A DNA stretch of 64,000 bases from an uncultured delta proteobacterium. Lineage in GTDB: Bacteria > Desulfobacterota > Syntrophia > Syntrophales > UBA2185. The notes under the pieces are model-generated. The model was not told the DNA's origin. It did not search any database and saw only the letters and a list, made by a program, of their open reading frames with translations. The stretch covers positions 384,001 to 448,000 of the forward strand of contig CAVSPA010000005.1 of the NCBI GenBank assembly GCA_963729715.1, read 5' to 3'. Position 1 is the stretch's first letter. Each line of letters opens with the position of its first letter. Of this stretch, positions 29,759 through 41,103 are shown piece after piece. The position numbers were made by a program, and so were the translations under genes.

Positions 29759-31420
29759 TTATCGGGGTGCCGCAGCCGCCAATGCACCATTGACTATCGT
29801 CTGGGCTTCCTCCGTGATTCGCGTTAGATGGTCCTTTCCACGGAAGCTCTCGACGTAGATTTTGTAGATGTCTTCCGTTCCCGACGGGCGCGCGGCAAAC
29901 CAGCCGCTTTTGGCTATCACCTTTACGCCGCCGATAGGAGCGCCATTGCCCGGCGCATGGGTAATTATGTTCAGGATCTTTTCGCCGGCCAGATCCGTGA
30001 ATGGAACTTGATCGGCCGAGAGTTTTCCGAGCGCCTTCTTCTGCTCCGGTGTGGCCGGGGCATCGATCCGGTCGTAGATAGGATCGCCCAACTCGCGCGC
30101 GAGGTCGCTATAGATCTCGCCGGGGTCACGTCCCAGCCGGGATGTAATCTCCGCCGCAAGGAGGGCCGAGATGATCCCATCTTTGTCCGTCGCCCATACC
30201 GCGCCGTCACGTCGCAGAAAAGACGCGCCCGCACTTTCCTCTCCTCCGAAGCCGAGGGAGCCCGTGAGCAGGCCGTCTACGAACCACTTGAAACCGACTG
30301 GCGTCTCATAGAGCTTCCGTCCGAGCTTTGCGGTCACGCGGTCGATCATCTCACTGCTCACCAGGGTCTTCCCCACCGCCGCATCCACCCGCCATCCGGG
30401 CCGATGTTGAAAGAGGTAGTGAACCATGACCGAAAGATAGTGATTCGCCGGAAGCAGCCCCGCGCTGCGTGTAACAATGCCGTGCCGGTCATGATCCGTA
30501 TCGCACGCAAAAGCAATGTCGAATCGGTCCTTCAAACCGATCAGCCGCCGCATCGCGTAATGAGACGACGGGTCCATACGGATGCGGCCGTCCCAATCAA
30601 GCGTCATAAAGCGAAAGGTCGGATCAACGGCGTCATTAACAATGGTGATATTGAGGCCGTAGTGCTCCGCAATCGGCCTCCAGTAATTGACTCCGGCGCC
30701 ACCGAGAGGGTCCACGCCCAAGCTGATTTTGGCGCCGCGAATGGCGTCCATGTCTATCACATTTCCGAGATCGTCGACATATGCGCGAATATAGTCATGC
30801 CGGTGTGTCGTGGAAGAACGAAAGGCTTTCTCAAAGGTAACGCGTCTGACACCAGAGAGATTGTTTGCGAGAAACTCGTTTGCCTTTGCCTCTATCCAGC
30901 CCGTGACAGCGGGCTCCGCCGGCCCGCCTTCCGGGGGATTATATTTGAAGCCGCCGGCCTCGGGCGGATTATGCGAGGGCGTGATCACTATGCCGTCGGC
31001 AAGGCCTTTTTTGCGTCCGCGGTTGTATGTGAGAATCGCATGGGAAATGGTTGGCGTCGGTGTGTATTCATTTCCCTCAGCAATCATGACATCCGCCCGG
31101 TTTGCCGCAAGCACTTCCAGTGCACTCTGAAAAGCGGGCACAGAGATGGAGTGGGTATCGATGCCGATAAATAGTGGGCCACTGATCTTGTGCTGTTTGC
31201 GGTACAGGCAGATGGCCTGTGTAACGGCCAGGATGTGCGCTTCGTTGAAGGACTTTTCGAATGGCGAGCCGCGATGTCCCGAGGTGCCGAAGGCAACCCG
31301 CTGTCCGGGGATGGATGGGTCGGGGTTCTCCTTATAGTAGGCCGTGATGAGTTTCGTCACGTCGACGAGCATAGAAGGCTCTGCTGGCTTTCCCGCTTTT
31401 GGATTCGCTTTCGCGATCAT
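29759..31420 (-). CDS. pgm: Phosphoglucomutase
   Basis: [34 protein letters not shown]. Confidence 0.96.
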   Translation of the reverse strand: MIAKANPKAGKPAEPSMLVDVTKLITAYYKENPDPSIPGQRVAFGTSGHRGSPFEKSFNEAHILAVTQAICLYRKQHKISGPLFIGIDTHSISVPAFQSALEVLAANRADVMIAEGNEYTPTPTISHAILTYNRGRKKGLADGIVITPSHNPPEAGGFKYNPPEGGPAEPAVTGWIEAKANEFLANNLSGVRRVTFEKAFRSSTTHRHDYIRAYVDDLGNVIDMDAIRGAKISLGVDPLGGAGVNYWRPIAEHYGLNITIVNDAVDPTFRFMTLDWDGRIRMDPSSHYAMRRLIGLKDRFDIAFACDTDHDRHGIVTRSAGLLPANHYLSVMVHYLFQHRPGWRVDAAVGKTLVSSEMIDRVTAKLGRKLYETPVGFKWFVDGLLTGSLGFGGEESAGASFLRRDGAVWATDKDGIISALLAAEITSRLGRDPGEIYSDLARELGDPIYDRIDAPATPEQKKALGKLSADQVPFTDLAGEKILNIITHAPGNGAPIGGVKVIAKSGWFAARPSGTEDIYKIYVESFRGKDHLTRITEEAQTIVNGALAAAAPR

Positions 31421-33072
31421 GATTGCCCTCCCTTGAGCCTGCGGTAGCGTCGGATGAGCGCGTTCGTCGAACTGTTATGCTTGAGTCGCGGTTCCGCGAC
31501 GCTCTCCAGTTCAGGGATGATCCGTGTTGCCAGCACCTTGCCGAGTTCGACACCCCATTGATCGAAGGAGTCAATCTGCCATATCGCGCCCTGGGTGAAA
31601 ACGCTGTGTTCATAGAGCGCAATCAGCTTGCCGAGTGTCTCCGGAGTGAGCTTTTCTGCGAGAACAGTATTGGTCGGCCGGTTGCCCGCAAAGACGCGAT
31701 GCGGCGTGAGCCCCTCCGGTGTGCCCTCCGCTCTTACCTCGTCCTCAGTCTTGCCGAATGCCAGCGCCTCGGTCTGGGCAAACAGGTTTGCCATGAGCAC
31801 TTCGTGATGACGGCCGATGGGATTCAACGTCCGGCAGAAGCCGATGAAATCGCACGGGATCAGTTTCGTCCCCTGATGGATAAGCTGGTAGAACGAATGT
31901 TGGCCGTTCGTGCCGGGCTCGCCCCAGAAGATCGGCCCCGTCTGGTAGTTCACAGCGGCGCCGTTTATCGTCACGCGCTTGCCGTTGCTTTCCATGGTCA
32001 ACTGCTGCAGGTAAGCGGGAAAGCGTTTCAGGTACTGGTCGTAAGGCAGGACGGCAACTGTCTCCGCACCGAAGAAATTATTGTACCAGACAGAGAGGAG
32101 CGCCATGAGCACCGGCAGGTTCTTCTCGAATGGCGCAGTGCGGAAGTGCTCGTCCATCGCACGGAAGCCGGCTAACATGGCCCAGAAGTTCTCCGGACCG
32201 ATGGCTGTCATGGTCGAAAGGCCGATGGCCGAGTCCATGGAGTAGCGGCCGCCCACCCAGTCCCAGAACCCGAACATGTTCGCCGTGTCGATGCCGAACT
32301 TCGCCACCCCTTCGGCGTTTGTCGAAACAGCCACGAAGTGACGGGCCACAGCTGCTTGATGATGCAGGGCCGAGAGTGCCCACGCCCGCGCCGTGTGCGC
32401 ATTGGCCATGGTCTCCAGGGTCGTGAAGGTCTTTGAAGAGATGATAAAGAGTGTCTCTTCCGGGTTGAGATCGCGGGTGGCCTCCTCGAAGTCCGTCCCA
32501 TCCACGTTCGATACGAAGCGGAAGGTCAATGCCCTTTTGCTGTAATGCTTGAGCGCCTCGTAGGCCATGACAGGGCCGAGATCTGAGCCTCCAATGCCGA
32601 TATTGACGATACAGTGGACAGGCTTCCCGGTGTATCCCAACCACTCGCCGTTTTGCACCCGCTCTGAAAAGATAGCCATCTTGTCAAGAACCGTGTGCAC
32701 CTGCGGCACAACATCGACGCCGTCTACCATAATCTCTTCGCTGCTGGGCGCCCTTAAGGCAATGTGAAGAACTGCCCTGTTCTCCGTAACGTTGATCTTC
32801 CGTCCCTCGAACATGGAGTCTATGCACTCGCGGAGGCCGCACTCACGGGCGAGATCTACGAGGAGCTTTATCGTCTCACCGGTAATGCGGTTCTTTGAGT
32901 AGTCTAAGTAAAGGCCGGCGCCTTCGGCAGCGAGGCGCTCGCCGCGGCGGGGATCATCGGCAAATAGCGACCGCAGATGCACATTGCCAATCTTTTTGTA
33001 ATGCTCCGCGAGAGCCTTCCATGCCGGGCGTCTCGTTAAGGTTTTTGCAGCCGGTGTTCTTTTCTTAGCCAT
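31417..33072 (-). CDS. pgi: Glucose-6-phosphate isomerase
   Basis: [46 protein letters not shown] at 33072 (ORF track start 33087). Confidence 0.97.
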   Translation of the reverse strand: MAKKRTPAAKTLTRRPAWKALAEHYKKIGNVHLRSLFADDPRRGERLAAEGAGLYLDYSKNRITGETIKLLVDLARECGLRECIDSMFEGRKINVTENRAVLHIALRAPSSEEIMVDGVDVVPQVHTVLDKMAIFSERVQNGEWLGYTGKPVHCIVNIGIGGSDLGPVMAYEALKHYSKRALTFRFVSNVDGTDFEEATRDLNPEETLFIISSKTFTTLETMANAHTARAWALSALHHQAAVARHFVAVSTNAEGVAKFGIDTANMFGFWDWVGGRYSMDSAIGLSTMTAIGPENFWAMLAGFRAMDEHFRTAPFEKNLPVLMALLSVWYNNFFGAETVAVLPYDQYLKRFPAYLQQLTMESNGKRVTINGAAVNYQTGPIFWGEPGTNGQHSFYQLIHQGTKLIPCDFIGFCRTLNPIGRHHEVLMANLFAQTEALAFGKTEDEVRAEGTPEGLTPHRVFAGNRPTNTVLAEKLTPETLGKLIALYEHSVFTQGAIWQIDSFDQWGVELGKVLATRIIPELESVAEPRLKHNSSTNALIRRYRRLKGGQS

Positions 33073-33459
33073 CGTTGTTTTCCTCACAATTAGATGCTAT
33101 CCAGTTTGAGAATTACCAAAATACTGGGATGCCACGCACGAAATATAATTTACCGAAAACGCGAAGCAGCTCAGGAGACGTGAGTATTTTCGAAAGCATT
33201 AATAAATCTTATTATTATCTACCAAATATTTTTTATTAAAAATAGAAAAATCCTTCAATCGGGAAACATCTGATTTGTCTCTTCATAATGCCTTAATTGA
33301 TGTTTTAGTAAAATATGTATTGATAAAATACAAAACTACTTTACATTAGTTATAAGAGATGAGGATATACCGAGCACGTCTAGTTGCGTTGGTGGAAATA
33401 TTTTCTCTCCTCATCGTAGACAACTACGACAACGTCCCTGCTCTTGGAGGTCGCCTGCA

Positions 33460-34419
33460 ATGCCACTCAACATGAAATTGGTACGGAAAGATGGGAAGCC
33501 CTTGGGCAGCATCGGCACATGGATTCAGGCATTCCGCCTTCACTACGTCCCCACGAGCATCTTCCCTGCCCTGTTGGGAAGTGTCATTGCGTGGGCGGCG
33601 CTCGGGAAATTCAATTTATTGTATTTTGTAATGGTCATCATCGGCGTGACGGTGCATCACATAGGCCTCAACATGATCGATGATGTATTTGATTATCTTC
33701 ACGCTGTGGATCGTTCACACGCTGAAGAGAAGAATCCCTATACAGGGGGGAGCGGCGTTCTGACGGGTGGACTCCTTCCCGCCGAATACGTGCTCGCGGC
33801 AGCGATTGTTTGTTACCTCATCGGGGTCGCCATAGCAATCTGCCTGACTATCATGGTCGGCTGGCCAGTGCTCTTATTCGCCGCCATCGGCGTTTTCTCC
33901 TCCGTTTTTTACACCATGCCGCCCATCAGGTACGGCTACCGGGGCTTCGGAGAATTGAGCCTGCTTATTAATTTCGGCCCCGTCATCTGCCTCGGTGCAT
34001 TCTATGTGCAGACGCAGTCGATTGCCTGGGAACCTTTTATCATTTCCTTTGTCCCCGGATTCCTCATGTGGTCTATGATCGTCATAAACGAGATACCTGA
34101 TTACGAGGAGGATTGCGAGGCAGGTAAGCTGAACCTCGTTGCCCGTCTGGGAAAAAGGCAGGGTGTTATATTATATGTGGCGGGGCTGGTTTGCGCTTAC
34201 GCGACCGTGTTCCTGTCCGCTTCCTTTGGGGTCACCACATTCGGTGTCCTCCTGGGACTTCTCACACTGCCGGTTGCATACGATTCATTTCGCATACTGA
34301 ACAAGAATTACATGGATAAAATGAAAATGGCCCCCGCGAACCTCGCCACAATAAAAGTCCACGCACTCACAGTCTCCTGTCTCATCATGGGATATCTCGT
34401 AACGGGAGTTATCTCGTAG
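33460..34419 (+). CDS. UbiA-superfamily prenyltransferase (MenA-like)
   Basis: NMIDDVFDY, YTGGSGVL, YGYRGFGE, NEIPDYEED..AGK.NLV.RLG. Confidence 0.82.
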   Translation: MPLNMKLVRKDGKPLGSIGTWIQAFRLHYVPTSIFPALLGSVIAWAALGKFNLLYFVMVIIGVTVHHIGLNMIDDVFDYLHAVDRSHAEEKNPYTGGSGVLTGGLLPAEYVLAAAIVCYLIGVAIAICLTIMVGWPVLLFAAIGVFSSVFYTMPPIRYGYRGFGELSLLINFGPVICLGAFYVQTQSIAWEPFIISFVPGFLMWSMIVINEIPDYEEDCEAGKLNLVARLGKRQGVILYVAGLVCAYATVFLSASFGVTTFGVLLGLLTLPVAYDSFRILNKNYMDKMKMAPANLATIKVHALTVSCLIMGYLVTGVIS

Positions 34420-34941
34420 CAGGTTCTTGCCGTAGAGCTCTCACGCCACTGATTCCCCTATATGTTACGCATTCGATCCCGTCGTTTGCGCTCACATATA
34501 CTCACTCCACCCTGACTCACAAAATTGCAGATTAACGAAAGAACGGTATAGGGCTTTACCCTGCGCCCGGAAGAAAATGATCAAAGAACCAAATGACCCA
34601 ATAACCTATTTGTCGGAACGCACCGGGAGCGCGCGGCTGTATTTCTGGATCCCCTGCGGATTGTCCTCGTCGCCGTAGTACTGAAGATATCTGGAATTAG
34701 AAGACCAAACCCACCAACAAGTAAGATGAATCAATTCCGCTAAATGGACATTATAACCACAGTTTCATCTGTTCAATTTTTGCCTTCATTTTGGGTGAGT
34801 AACTGCTCTTATCCGAGCTTGCCGCAAATGTTGAGGAGATCAAGAAGCTCAAGATTATTACCGCTACTAAACTTACGCTACGAGCCATTTTTTTCATCTT
34901 GGATTCTCCTTTCCTTTGATGCGTTTTTACTTGCACGTCAT

Positions 34942-35508
34942 TCATGGGTTCTTAGAAGAGTTTTTCGCAACCCATGCCGAAACCGCGTCCATGAATCTTT
35001 TGAGGAACTCGCGAGTTGCCTCATTAGTAATATTGCCATTAGCGTCAAACAGTTGCGCGGCACCCCCGATATACGCCTCGGGCTGCTGCATTGTGGGAAC
35101 ATCCAAGAATACGAGCGATTGCCTAAGATGATGATTTGCGCCGAAGCCACCTATTGCGCCAGGTGAAACGCTTATCACCGCACCGGGCTTTCCTCCCCAG
35201 ACGCTCTGGCCGTATGGTCGCGATCCCACGTCGAGAGCGTTCTTCAGCACGCCGGGAACTGAGCGGTTGTATTCAGGTGTCACGAACAGGAAACCGTCAA
35301 ACGACTTCACACGCTCCCTGAACGTAATCCACGCTGGAGGTGGCTTTCCCCCATCATCATAATCTTGGTCGTAGAGTGGAAGTCCTCCGATCTCGATGAT
35401 TTCAAGCATCAGTGAATCGGGTGCAAGTGTTTTGAGCACCTTTGCCATCCTCCGATTAAAAGATTCTTTGCGAAGGCTTCCTACAAAAACAGCAATCTTT
35501 TTAGTCAT
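34942..35508 (-). CDS. NADPH-dependent FMN reductase (ChrR-like)
   Basis: VGSLRKESFN, TPEYNRS.PGVLKNALD, SPGAIGGFGA. Confidence 0.92.
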   Translation of the reverse strand: MTKKIAVFVGSLRKESFNRRMAKVLKTLAPDSLMLEIIEIGGLPLYDQDYDDGGKPPPAWITFRERVKSFDGFLFVTPEYNRSVPGVLKNALDVGSRPYGQSVWGGKPGAVISVSPGAIGGFGANHHLRQSLVFLDVPTMQQPEAYIGGAAQLFDANGNITNEATREFLKRFMDAVSAWVAKNSSKNP

Positions 35509-35767
35509 TCCTTATCCTCTCGGTTTGGTTCTGGATGCAAGAAAATAAATACATTATAAAGCGCTACAAGTGAAATCACAACATGTTCACGTCGAAGGCG
35601 GTCTAGTGCCGCTTTTTCGCAACATTATCTTATACGTATATGTGGGCCTCATATGGATAATCGGAGGCTTGATATAGGTATTGATTAGCAAGAGGAAATC
35701 TGAATGATTATGATCACCTCCAAAATATGGATTTTAGGAAGTTAGAAACAGATGTCATCTGTTTCGT

Positions 35768-36562
35768 TCACCTGCGCGTCCCGGTTCGTTGAAATCCTGT
35801 GGCCTGGAACGTCGCTCGTCCAGAGGGTGAGCCTATAAAAGTCACGAATGCTCGCGCGACATCAGGTATCTTACTTGACTTGAGCACGACGGCAGCATAG
35901 GCAATCGCGTTCTGAATGCTCGCCGGTAAAGGGCCAACCAAGTCCGCGCCGGGAACAGCGACGATCTCGCTCGACTGGACAATTACGATCTCCGATTCCC
36001 CGTTGGCCACGCGGCGGACTGCATCCTCACCGACGGCCGTCAAAACGGTCTTGCCCCGCATCTGCTCTGCGATGCCGAGACGTGGGAGCACTACCGTCGC
36101 GAAATATGTGCCCGACGTCCCGCCGCGAGCCGGATCTGCATAGGTAATCGATTTTGCCGCGAGGAGTGTTTCTCGAAAGTCTTCCAGTGTGCCGATCTTG
36201 GGTCGAGGCGTTCCCGCCTTGATGCCCACGCCCACCCCGACGCTGCCCACTTCCAGCCGCGAGTTCGGTGCTACCAACCCAGCTTTCTCAAGCTCGGAAA
36301 TTCCTTTGGACGGAAGCACGGTAACGTCGGCAGGCACTCCGGCGGCAATCTGTTTCTGGATTCCTCCACCCGTGCCGAACGTGAATCTGATTGCGTGGCC
36401 GGTCTGGCGTTCGAACGCAGCAGCAGCGCCCTGAACAGCAGACCTGACTCCGCCCGGTGCGTACACGCTAAGTTCGGCAGCGGTTGCCCCAATCGGCAAG
36501 GAACTGAGGATGCCCGCAAACAACGGCACTCCCCAGAATGAGATTACTGGTTTTTTTGTCAT
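35768..36562 (-). CDS. ModA-like (SBP_bac_11) substrate-binding protein, orphan
   Basis: Signal peptide; FGTGG, YADPARGGTSG, GPLP...Q....Y; no adjacent permease. Confidence 0.75.
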   Translation of the reverse strand: MTKKPVISFWGVPLFAGILSSLPIGATAAELSVYAPGGVRSAVQGAAAAFERQTGHAIRFTFGTGGGIQKQIAAGVPADVTVLPSKGISELEKAGLVAPNSRLEVGSVGVGVGIKAGTPRPKIGTLEDFRETLLAAKSITYADPARGGTSGTYFATVVLPRLGIAEQMRGKTVLTAVGEDAVRRVANGESEIVIVQSSEIVAVPGADLVGPLPASIQNAIAYAAVVLKSSKIPDVARAFVTFIGSPSGRATFQATGFQRTGTRR

Positions 36563-36699
36563 CGTTCTTCCCCCTGTCGGCTATTGCCAAGACAAAATAG
36601 ATATTCTTCATGCTTTCTATTTATTTCAATTCTTAATATAATACATGTGTGTCACGTTCTTCTGTCTGTCTTGCACTGTTTCAAAAAAGAGGTCTATCA

Positions 36700-37302
36700 A
36701 TGCGGAAAAAGGATATCGTGCTGCTAATTCTACTGATTGTTGCTATATTCGCCACATTGGCTGCTTGCCTCTATGCATACTTCCCCGGAGATGTGGAGGC
36801 GGAAAAATTTGTACAATCCCTGGCGCCAAAATTCATGAATTGGGCTTTATGGATCACAAAGTCGGCGACTTTCCCCTGGAATCTAATTCTCTTGGCAATC
36901 ACTTTTTTTATTTCCTGGGGCATCGCCGGATGGCGCGTTGCTCTATTCTCCGTCCTCAGCCTTGCGGGGATGTTGATCCTGGGCACATTGCTCAGTCCCA
37001 TAATCGCCCGACCTCGGCCATCGCCCGCGCTGGTGCACGTCATTGGGTCGCCGTCCGGTTATTCATTCCCATCCGTGTTTGCCTTAACCTATGGCTCGAC
37101 CTTAGGATATCTGGCAATCCAGGCTGCCCGGAAGAAGTCCGGCGTGCTGTGGGCAATCTTGCTGTTTCTATGCTGTGCATTCCTTATAACCGGCGGGCTT
37201 GCCCGCATAGTTTTGGGAGCTCACTGGCCGAGTGATATTATCATATCATATCTTATTGCCTTGCTGTGGGCATTTTTCCTTTTACGCGTGGCCTCAAAGT
37301 AA
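36700..37302 (+). CDS. PAP2-family membrane phosphatase-like protein
   Basis: ARPRP, SFPS(VF), RIVLGAHWPSD motifs. Confidence 0.78.
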   Translation: MRKKDIVLLILLIVAIFATLAACLYAYFPGDVEAEKFVQSLAPKFMNWALWITKSATFPWNLILLAITFFISWGIAGWRVALFSVLSLAGMLILGTLLSPIIARPRPSPALVHVIGSPSGYSFPSVFALTYGSTLGYLAIQAARKKSGVLWAILLFLCCAFLITGGLARIVLGAHWPSDIIISYLIALLWAFFLLRVASK

Positions 37303-37347
37303 TTCGTCTCGATTCCAAATACGGCCTTCCTCTTCATTTGAAGCAAC

Positions 37348-38781
37348 TTATTCCGTGAAAGAACATTCTTCGGAAATGGGTTTTTCCGATTTCCGGGAGT
37401 CCCTACGACGAAGAACGTATATCAGCCACAGGAACAAGACCCATGCGGGGGCGATGACCAGGGATGGGCGCATGTCCGGGATAAAGGCCATGAGAACCAT
37501 CGTCATGATGAGAAAGACTGCCGCAAAGTAAATGCTGTATGGATAAAGCGGCATCGGAAAAGCAGGCGTCTGTCCCTCACGGGACATGCGGCGCCGGAAG
37601 AAGATCAGCGTGAAGAGGATCATGAGCCAGCTTATCAGCACCGAAATGGAAGCGATAGACATCATGATGAAGAAGACCTTCTCAGGAATCAAAAAATTCA
37701 GGGCCACGATGATCAGGGTTATGAGCGACGAAAAGATGAGACCGTTTCTCGGAATACCCGAAGCGCTAAGGCGGGCAAAAATCTCCGGGGCGTCCCCCTG
37801 GCAGGCGAGGTTGTACAACATCCGGCCGTTGCTGAAGAGCATACTGTTGTAAACGGACAGAGCCGCGGTTATGACGACGAGGTTTATGACTGACGCCGCT
37901 TCAGGGATACCCGACTTGGCAAATATCTGGACGAAGGGACTTGCCTCTAGGCCGATCGCGCGCCACGGGAAGAATATGAGCATCACGGTAAAGGAGCCGA
38001 CGTAAAATAGGAGAATGCGCCAGACCAACTGCCGGATGGCGCGGGGGATCACCTGCTTCGGCTTCTCCACTTCTCCGGCAGCCATTCCTATAAGCTCCAC
38101 TCCGCCGAAGGAAAAGATCACGAGAGCGAAAGAGAGAAACAGGCCCTTGATGCCGTAGGGGAGCCAGTCACCTATGGTATTGAGGCTGGCCAGTCCCGCA
38201 GCAGGATGATCATGAATATAGCCGGAGACGATGAGAAACGTTCCCATGATGATCATGAGGCAGATGGCCGTTACTTTTATTAGAGCAGCCCAGAACTCAA
38301 ATTCCCCGAAGACCCTTACACGGAACAGATTGACGAAGGTGATCACCCCCCAGCATACCAATGCGCTCGTCCACGAAGGAACGGCTGGCCACCAGAAAGA
38401 GACGTAGATGCCCACCACGGCAAGCTCGGCCATGCTGACGCTGACGTAACAGAACCAGTAATTCCATCCAGAGAAGAATCCGGCAAAGTCGCCCCAGTAT
38501 CGGTAGGCGTAATGGCTGAAAGAGCCAGTCACCGATTCATGCACGCACATCTCTCCTAGGGCGCGCATGATCAGGTAAATGACGACACCGACGATGCCAT
38601 AGGAGACAACGATTGCAGGGCCTGCAACCTGGATGACGTGCGCGGAGCCATAGAACAGGCCTGTACCCACGGCCCCGCCGATGGCGATCATCTGGAGGTG
38701 GCGGTTCTTCAGGGAGCGATGCAGATGTTTCATAGGCTGCTCTTCATGTAGTTGGTCGGGCACCGATACGATTCTTTGCAT
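37348..38781 (-). CDS. Amino-acid permease (AroP/PheP-like, AAT family)
   Basis: LKNRHLQMIAIGGAVGTGLF, FGEFEFW, FSFGGVELIG, SPFV. Confidence 0.92.
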   Translation of the reverse strand: MQRIVSVPDQLHEEQPMKHLHRSLKNRHLQMIAIGGAVGTGLFYGSAHVIQVAGPAIVVSYGIVGVVIYLIMRALGEMCVHESVTGSFSHYAYRYWGDFAGFFSGWNYWFCYVSVSMAELAVVGIYVSFWWPAVPSWTSALVCWGVITFVNLFRVRVFGEFEFWAALIKVTAICLMIIMGTFLIVSGYIHDHPAAGLASLNTIGDWLPYGIKGLFLSFALVIFSFGGVELIGMAAGEVEKPKQVIPRAIRQLVWRILLFYVGSFTVMLIFFPWRAIGLEASPFVQIFAKSGIPEAASVINLVVITAALSVYNSMLFSNGRMLYNLACQGDAPEIFARLSASGIPRNGLIFSSLITLIIVALNFLIPEKVFFIMMSIASISVLISWLMILFTLIFFRRRMSREGQTPAFPMPLYPYSIYFAAVFLIMTMVLMAFIPDMRPSLVIAPAWVLFLWLIYVLRRRDSRKSEKPISEECSFTE

Positions 38782-38818
38782 CTACTCTTGCGATATTTTT
38801 AGCGGAATGATCTGTCGG

Positions 38819-40069
38819 TCAATCCTTATACTTTTTGGCCCGGCAGTCGATAGGATCGTTCCCTATGGGCAGGCAGGCATTGCAGGAAATGCATTCCGCC
38901 TTGTCCGGCCCCTGTCCTGAGAGCCATAAATTGGGCAAATCGGGTTGCCGGATGAGCGGCCTGCTCATGGACACGAAATCTGCGGCCCCCGATTCCAGCA
39001 CTTCTTTGATTCTGCTCAATGACCTGAGGCCACCTACGAGGATGATAGTTGCATTCGTCTCTTTCTTGAGGGCTGCCGCGCCCGGGAGGAAGTAGGCCTC
39101 CTGATCTTTGGTCTTGATGCCAGTCCGCGCCTCAGCCATGAACACAGGCGGCCAGCCGAGTTCTTCCTGCTTCCTAGTCAACGACTCATACATACCGCCG
39201 CTCGTCTCAATCGCGCTGAAACCGGTTTCGGTTATTATCTTTCCTATCCGCAACGCCTCATCGAGGTCGATGCCACCGGGAAGGAAGTCAGAGACGTTCA
39301 TCTTGATGAGTATGGGAAAGCGATCACCAACCTTCGCTCTGGCACGCCGGTAAATCTCCCTGATTATCCTGGTCCGATTCTCCGTCGAACCTCCGTATTC
39401 ATCATCCCTCCGGTTGGTCCGCGGTGACAGAAAGGAACTCAGAAGATAGCCGTGCGCGGCATGAATCTGAATTCCGTCGAAACCGGCTTCCTGGGCCCGT
39501 CTTGCGCCTTCGGCAAAGGCATCGATGATTTCTTCGATTTCTTTTAGGGTCAATGTCCGCGGAGTCCGAGTGAAGAAGGCGTCGTAGACTGCAGACGGAG
39601 CGGTTGGCTCCACCAGTTGCGGCGCTCCTTCGTGGGGAGCGAGTACCTCGGGGTGCTTTCTAACGTAGGCTACAAATGCCGGCGGAGCGACCGGCCTAAA
39701 CTTCGCAGCATCCTCTCGATTGACGACCTGTCTTCCGGGGTGGTGCAACTGCAGCATCACCTTGCAGTCCGGGGCAGCTTCCCGGACCGTCCGCGGTATC
39801 TTTGCCAGACCCGGTATGGAGGAATCGTCATCAACTCTCATGATCAAACGAGGCGACAACGCCCTCCCGAATACGCCGGTAATGCTTGTGATGATCAGAC
39901 CTGAGCCTCCTTCGGCCAGGGTTCGATAAATCCCGACCAGAGAGTCCGATACCTCACCTTTACTTGTAGCGCCATTCTCGTAGGTGGCCGAACGCACCAA
40001 ACGGTTTTTGATTTCGAGGTGGCCAATGCGTCCCGGAGTGAAGACCACTGACTTCTCTCTTGCAGACAT
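38819..40069 (-). CDS. NADH:flavin oxidoreductase (Old Yellow Enzyme family)
   Basis: KNRLVRSAT, GFDGIQIHAAHGYLLSSFLSP.TN.R.D.YGGS.ENR, C-terminal CISCNAC; start set by an AGGAG RBS. Confidence 0.92.
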   Translation of the reverse strand: MSAREKSVVFTPGRIGHLEIKNRLVRSATYENGATSKGEVSDSLVGIYRTLAEGGSGLIITSITGVFGRALSPRLIMRVDDDSSIPGLAKIPRTVREAAPDCKVMLQLHHPGRQVVNREDAAKFRPVAPPAFVAYVRKHPEVLAPHEGAPQLVEPTAPSAVYDAFFTRTPRTLTLKEIEEIIDAFAEGARRAQEAGFDGIQIHAAHGYLLSSFLSPRTNRRDDEYGGSTENRTRIIREIYRRARAKVGDRFPILIKMNVSDFLPGGIDLDEALRIGKIITETGFSAIETSGGMYESLTRKQEELGWPPVFMAEARTGIKTKDQEAYFLPGAAALKKETNATIILVGGLRSLSRIKEVLESGAADFVSMSRPLIRQPDLPNLWLSGQGPDKAECISCNACLPIGNDPIDCRAKKYKD

Positions 40070-40093
40070 GGCTTTCTCCTTGCTCAATAGACA

Positions 40094-40516
40094 TTAAGCA
40101 GGTCCCGCTGACAGCTTGACCCTTTGCCCGTCAATCTCAAGCGTAGTTTTAGAAAAGGTATTCTTACTGATTATCTTGCCATCCTTGAAATGCATCAAGT
40201 CTACGCCGCGCCTTCGCTCAGGCTTCCCCCGGTATCCTTTCTCACCTGAAGGCCAGTCCAGGGTCCATTGGAAAAGAACTTTTTGATTGCCCTCATCGAT
40301 GAAGGTGTCTTCCTCAGTGAAGCGGAAACCTCCGTGATTCTTGAACCAGGGATCCCAGGCTTGGTGGATGGCCTTCTTTCCCTTTGCTTTGCCGCCTGTC
40401 CAGTTTTCGAAGACAGCGTCCTCATGAAAGAGTTCCATGACCCCGTCGAGATCATGGGCATTCCAGGCCGCATACCACCGGGCCAGGGCATTTCTAATTT
40501 CCTTTGCGGTAAGCAT
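40094..40516 (-). CDS. NTF2/SnoaL-like protein
   Basis: AWNAHDLD...F.EDAVF, GVDL..F.DGKI. Confidence 0.82.
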   Translation of the reverse strand: MLTAKEIRNALARWYAAWNAHDLDGVMELFHEDAVFENWTGGKAKGKKAIHQAWDPWFKNHGGFRFTEEDTFIDEGNQKVLFQWTLDWPSGEKGYRGKPERRRGVDLMHFKDGKIISKNTFSKTTLEIDGQRVKLSAGPA

Positions 40517-40549
40517 AGACCTCTTCCTCCCCGTTATCTGCCGAATCGA

Positions 40550-40981
40550 TTATTTTCTTTCCAGCGTCATTTTTAGACCGTCACTGTCATCAATTACAAT
40601 CTTATTGCAGTCCTTGCTCATCTCCACTTTACCATCTGACCAATCCTTATCGGGTCGGGTTATCTGAACTTTTTTAATCCCGTCCTTATCTAATTCACCA
40701 CGTATCTTTTCTGTGCCTGCTGGTGTAAATCCGGTGGATATCAACGATTTCCCGACGAACTTATCACCTCGCTGCGTTATCTTTATCAGACTCTTGATAC
40801 TTCCAAAATGCTGCATCGATCCGTAAGGTTCATATAATGTGTTCCACTCGCCATTGAGATTACAAACCAACTCACCACTTGGAAGTCTTGCAGTATTCTT
40901 CTCCGTTTGGGAATAAGCGATGGATGTAAAAGCCAACAGGACAACAAGAATAAATAGAAATGAAAAGATTTTTCTTGCCAT
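40550..40981 (-). CDS. Hypothetical exported protein
   Basis: N-terminal signal peptide (AYS-Q); beta-rich sequence with two Cys. Confidence 0.65.
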   Translation of the reverse strand: MARKIFSFLFILVVLLAFTSIAYSQTEKNTARLPSGELVCNLNGEWNTLYEPYGSMQHFGSIKSLIKITQRGDKFVGKSLISTGFTPAGTEKIRGELDKDGIKKVQITRPDKDWSDGKVEMSKDCNKIVIDDSDGLKMTLERK

Positions 40982-41103
40982 TGTGCATGCACCCTCTTTC
41001 TTAGATATGGCGATACTTTAAAATATCTGTTTTGATTCGATGGCTTTGGGAAGAAGCCATTCCTTAGAGGCTTAAAAGGGTTCTTTAGATTATGCGTATT
41101 TTC

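Noticed and set aside
29828..31174. 448-aa plus-strand ORF and many other long antisense ORFs (e.g. 48751-49650, 31423-32175, 17959-18681)
   Set aside because: Shadow frames opposite well-supported GC-rich genes, with no recognisable motifs
33300..33335. FNR/CRP-like box (ttgataaaatacaa) between pgi and the prenyltransferase
   Set aside because: Imperfect match in a very AT-rich region, so plausible by chance
34600..34945. Short signal-peptide ORF (MKKMARSVSLV...) and a coding-like fragment ending ...RALPVRSDK*
   Set aside because: Probably decayed gene remnants, but I cannot assign a family or join the frames
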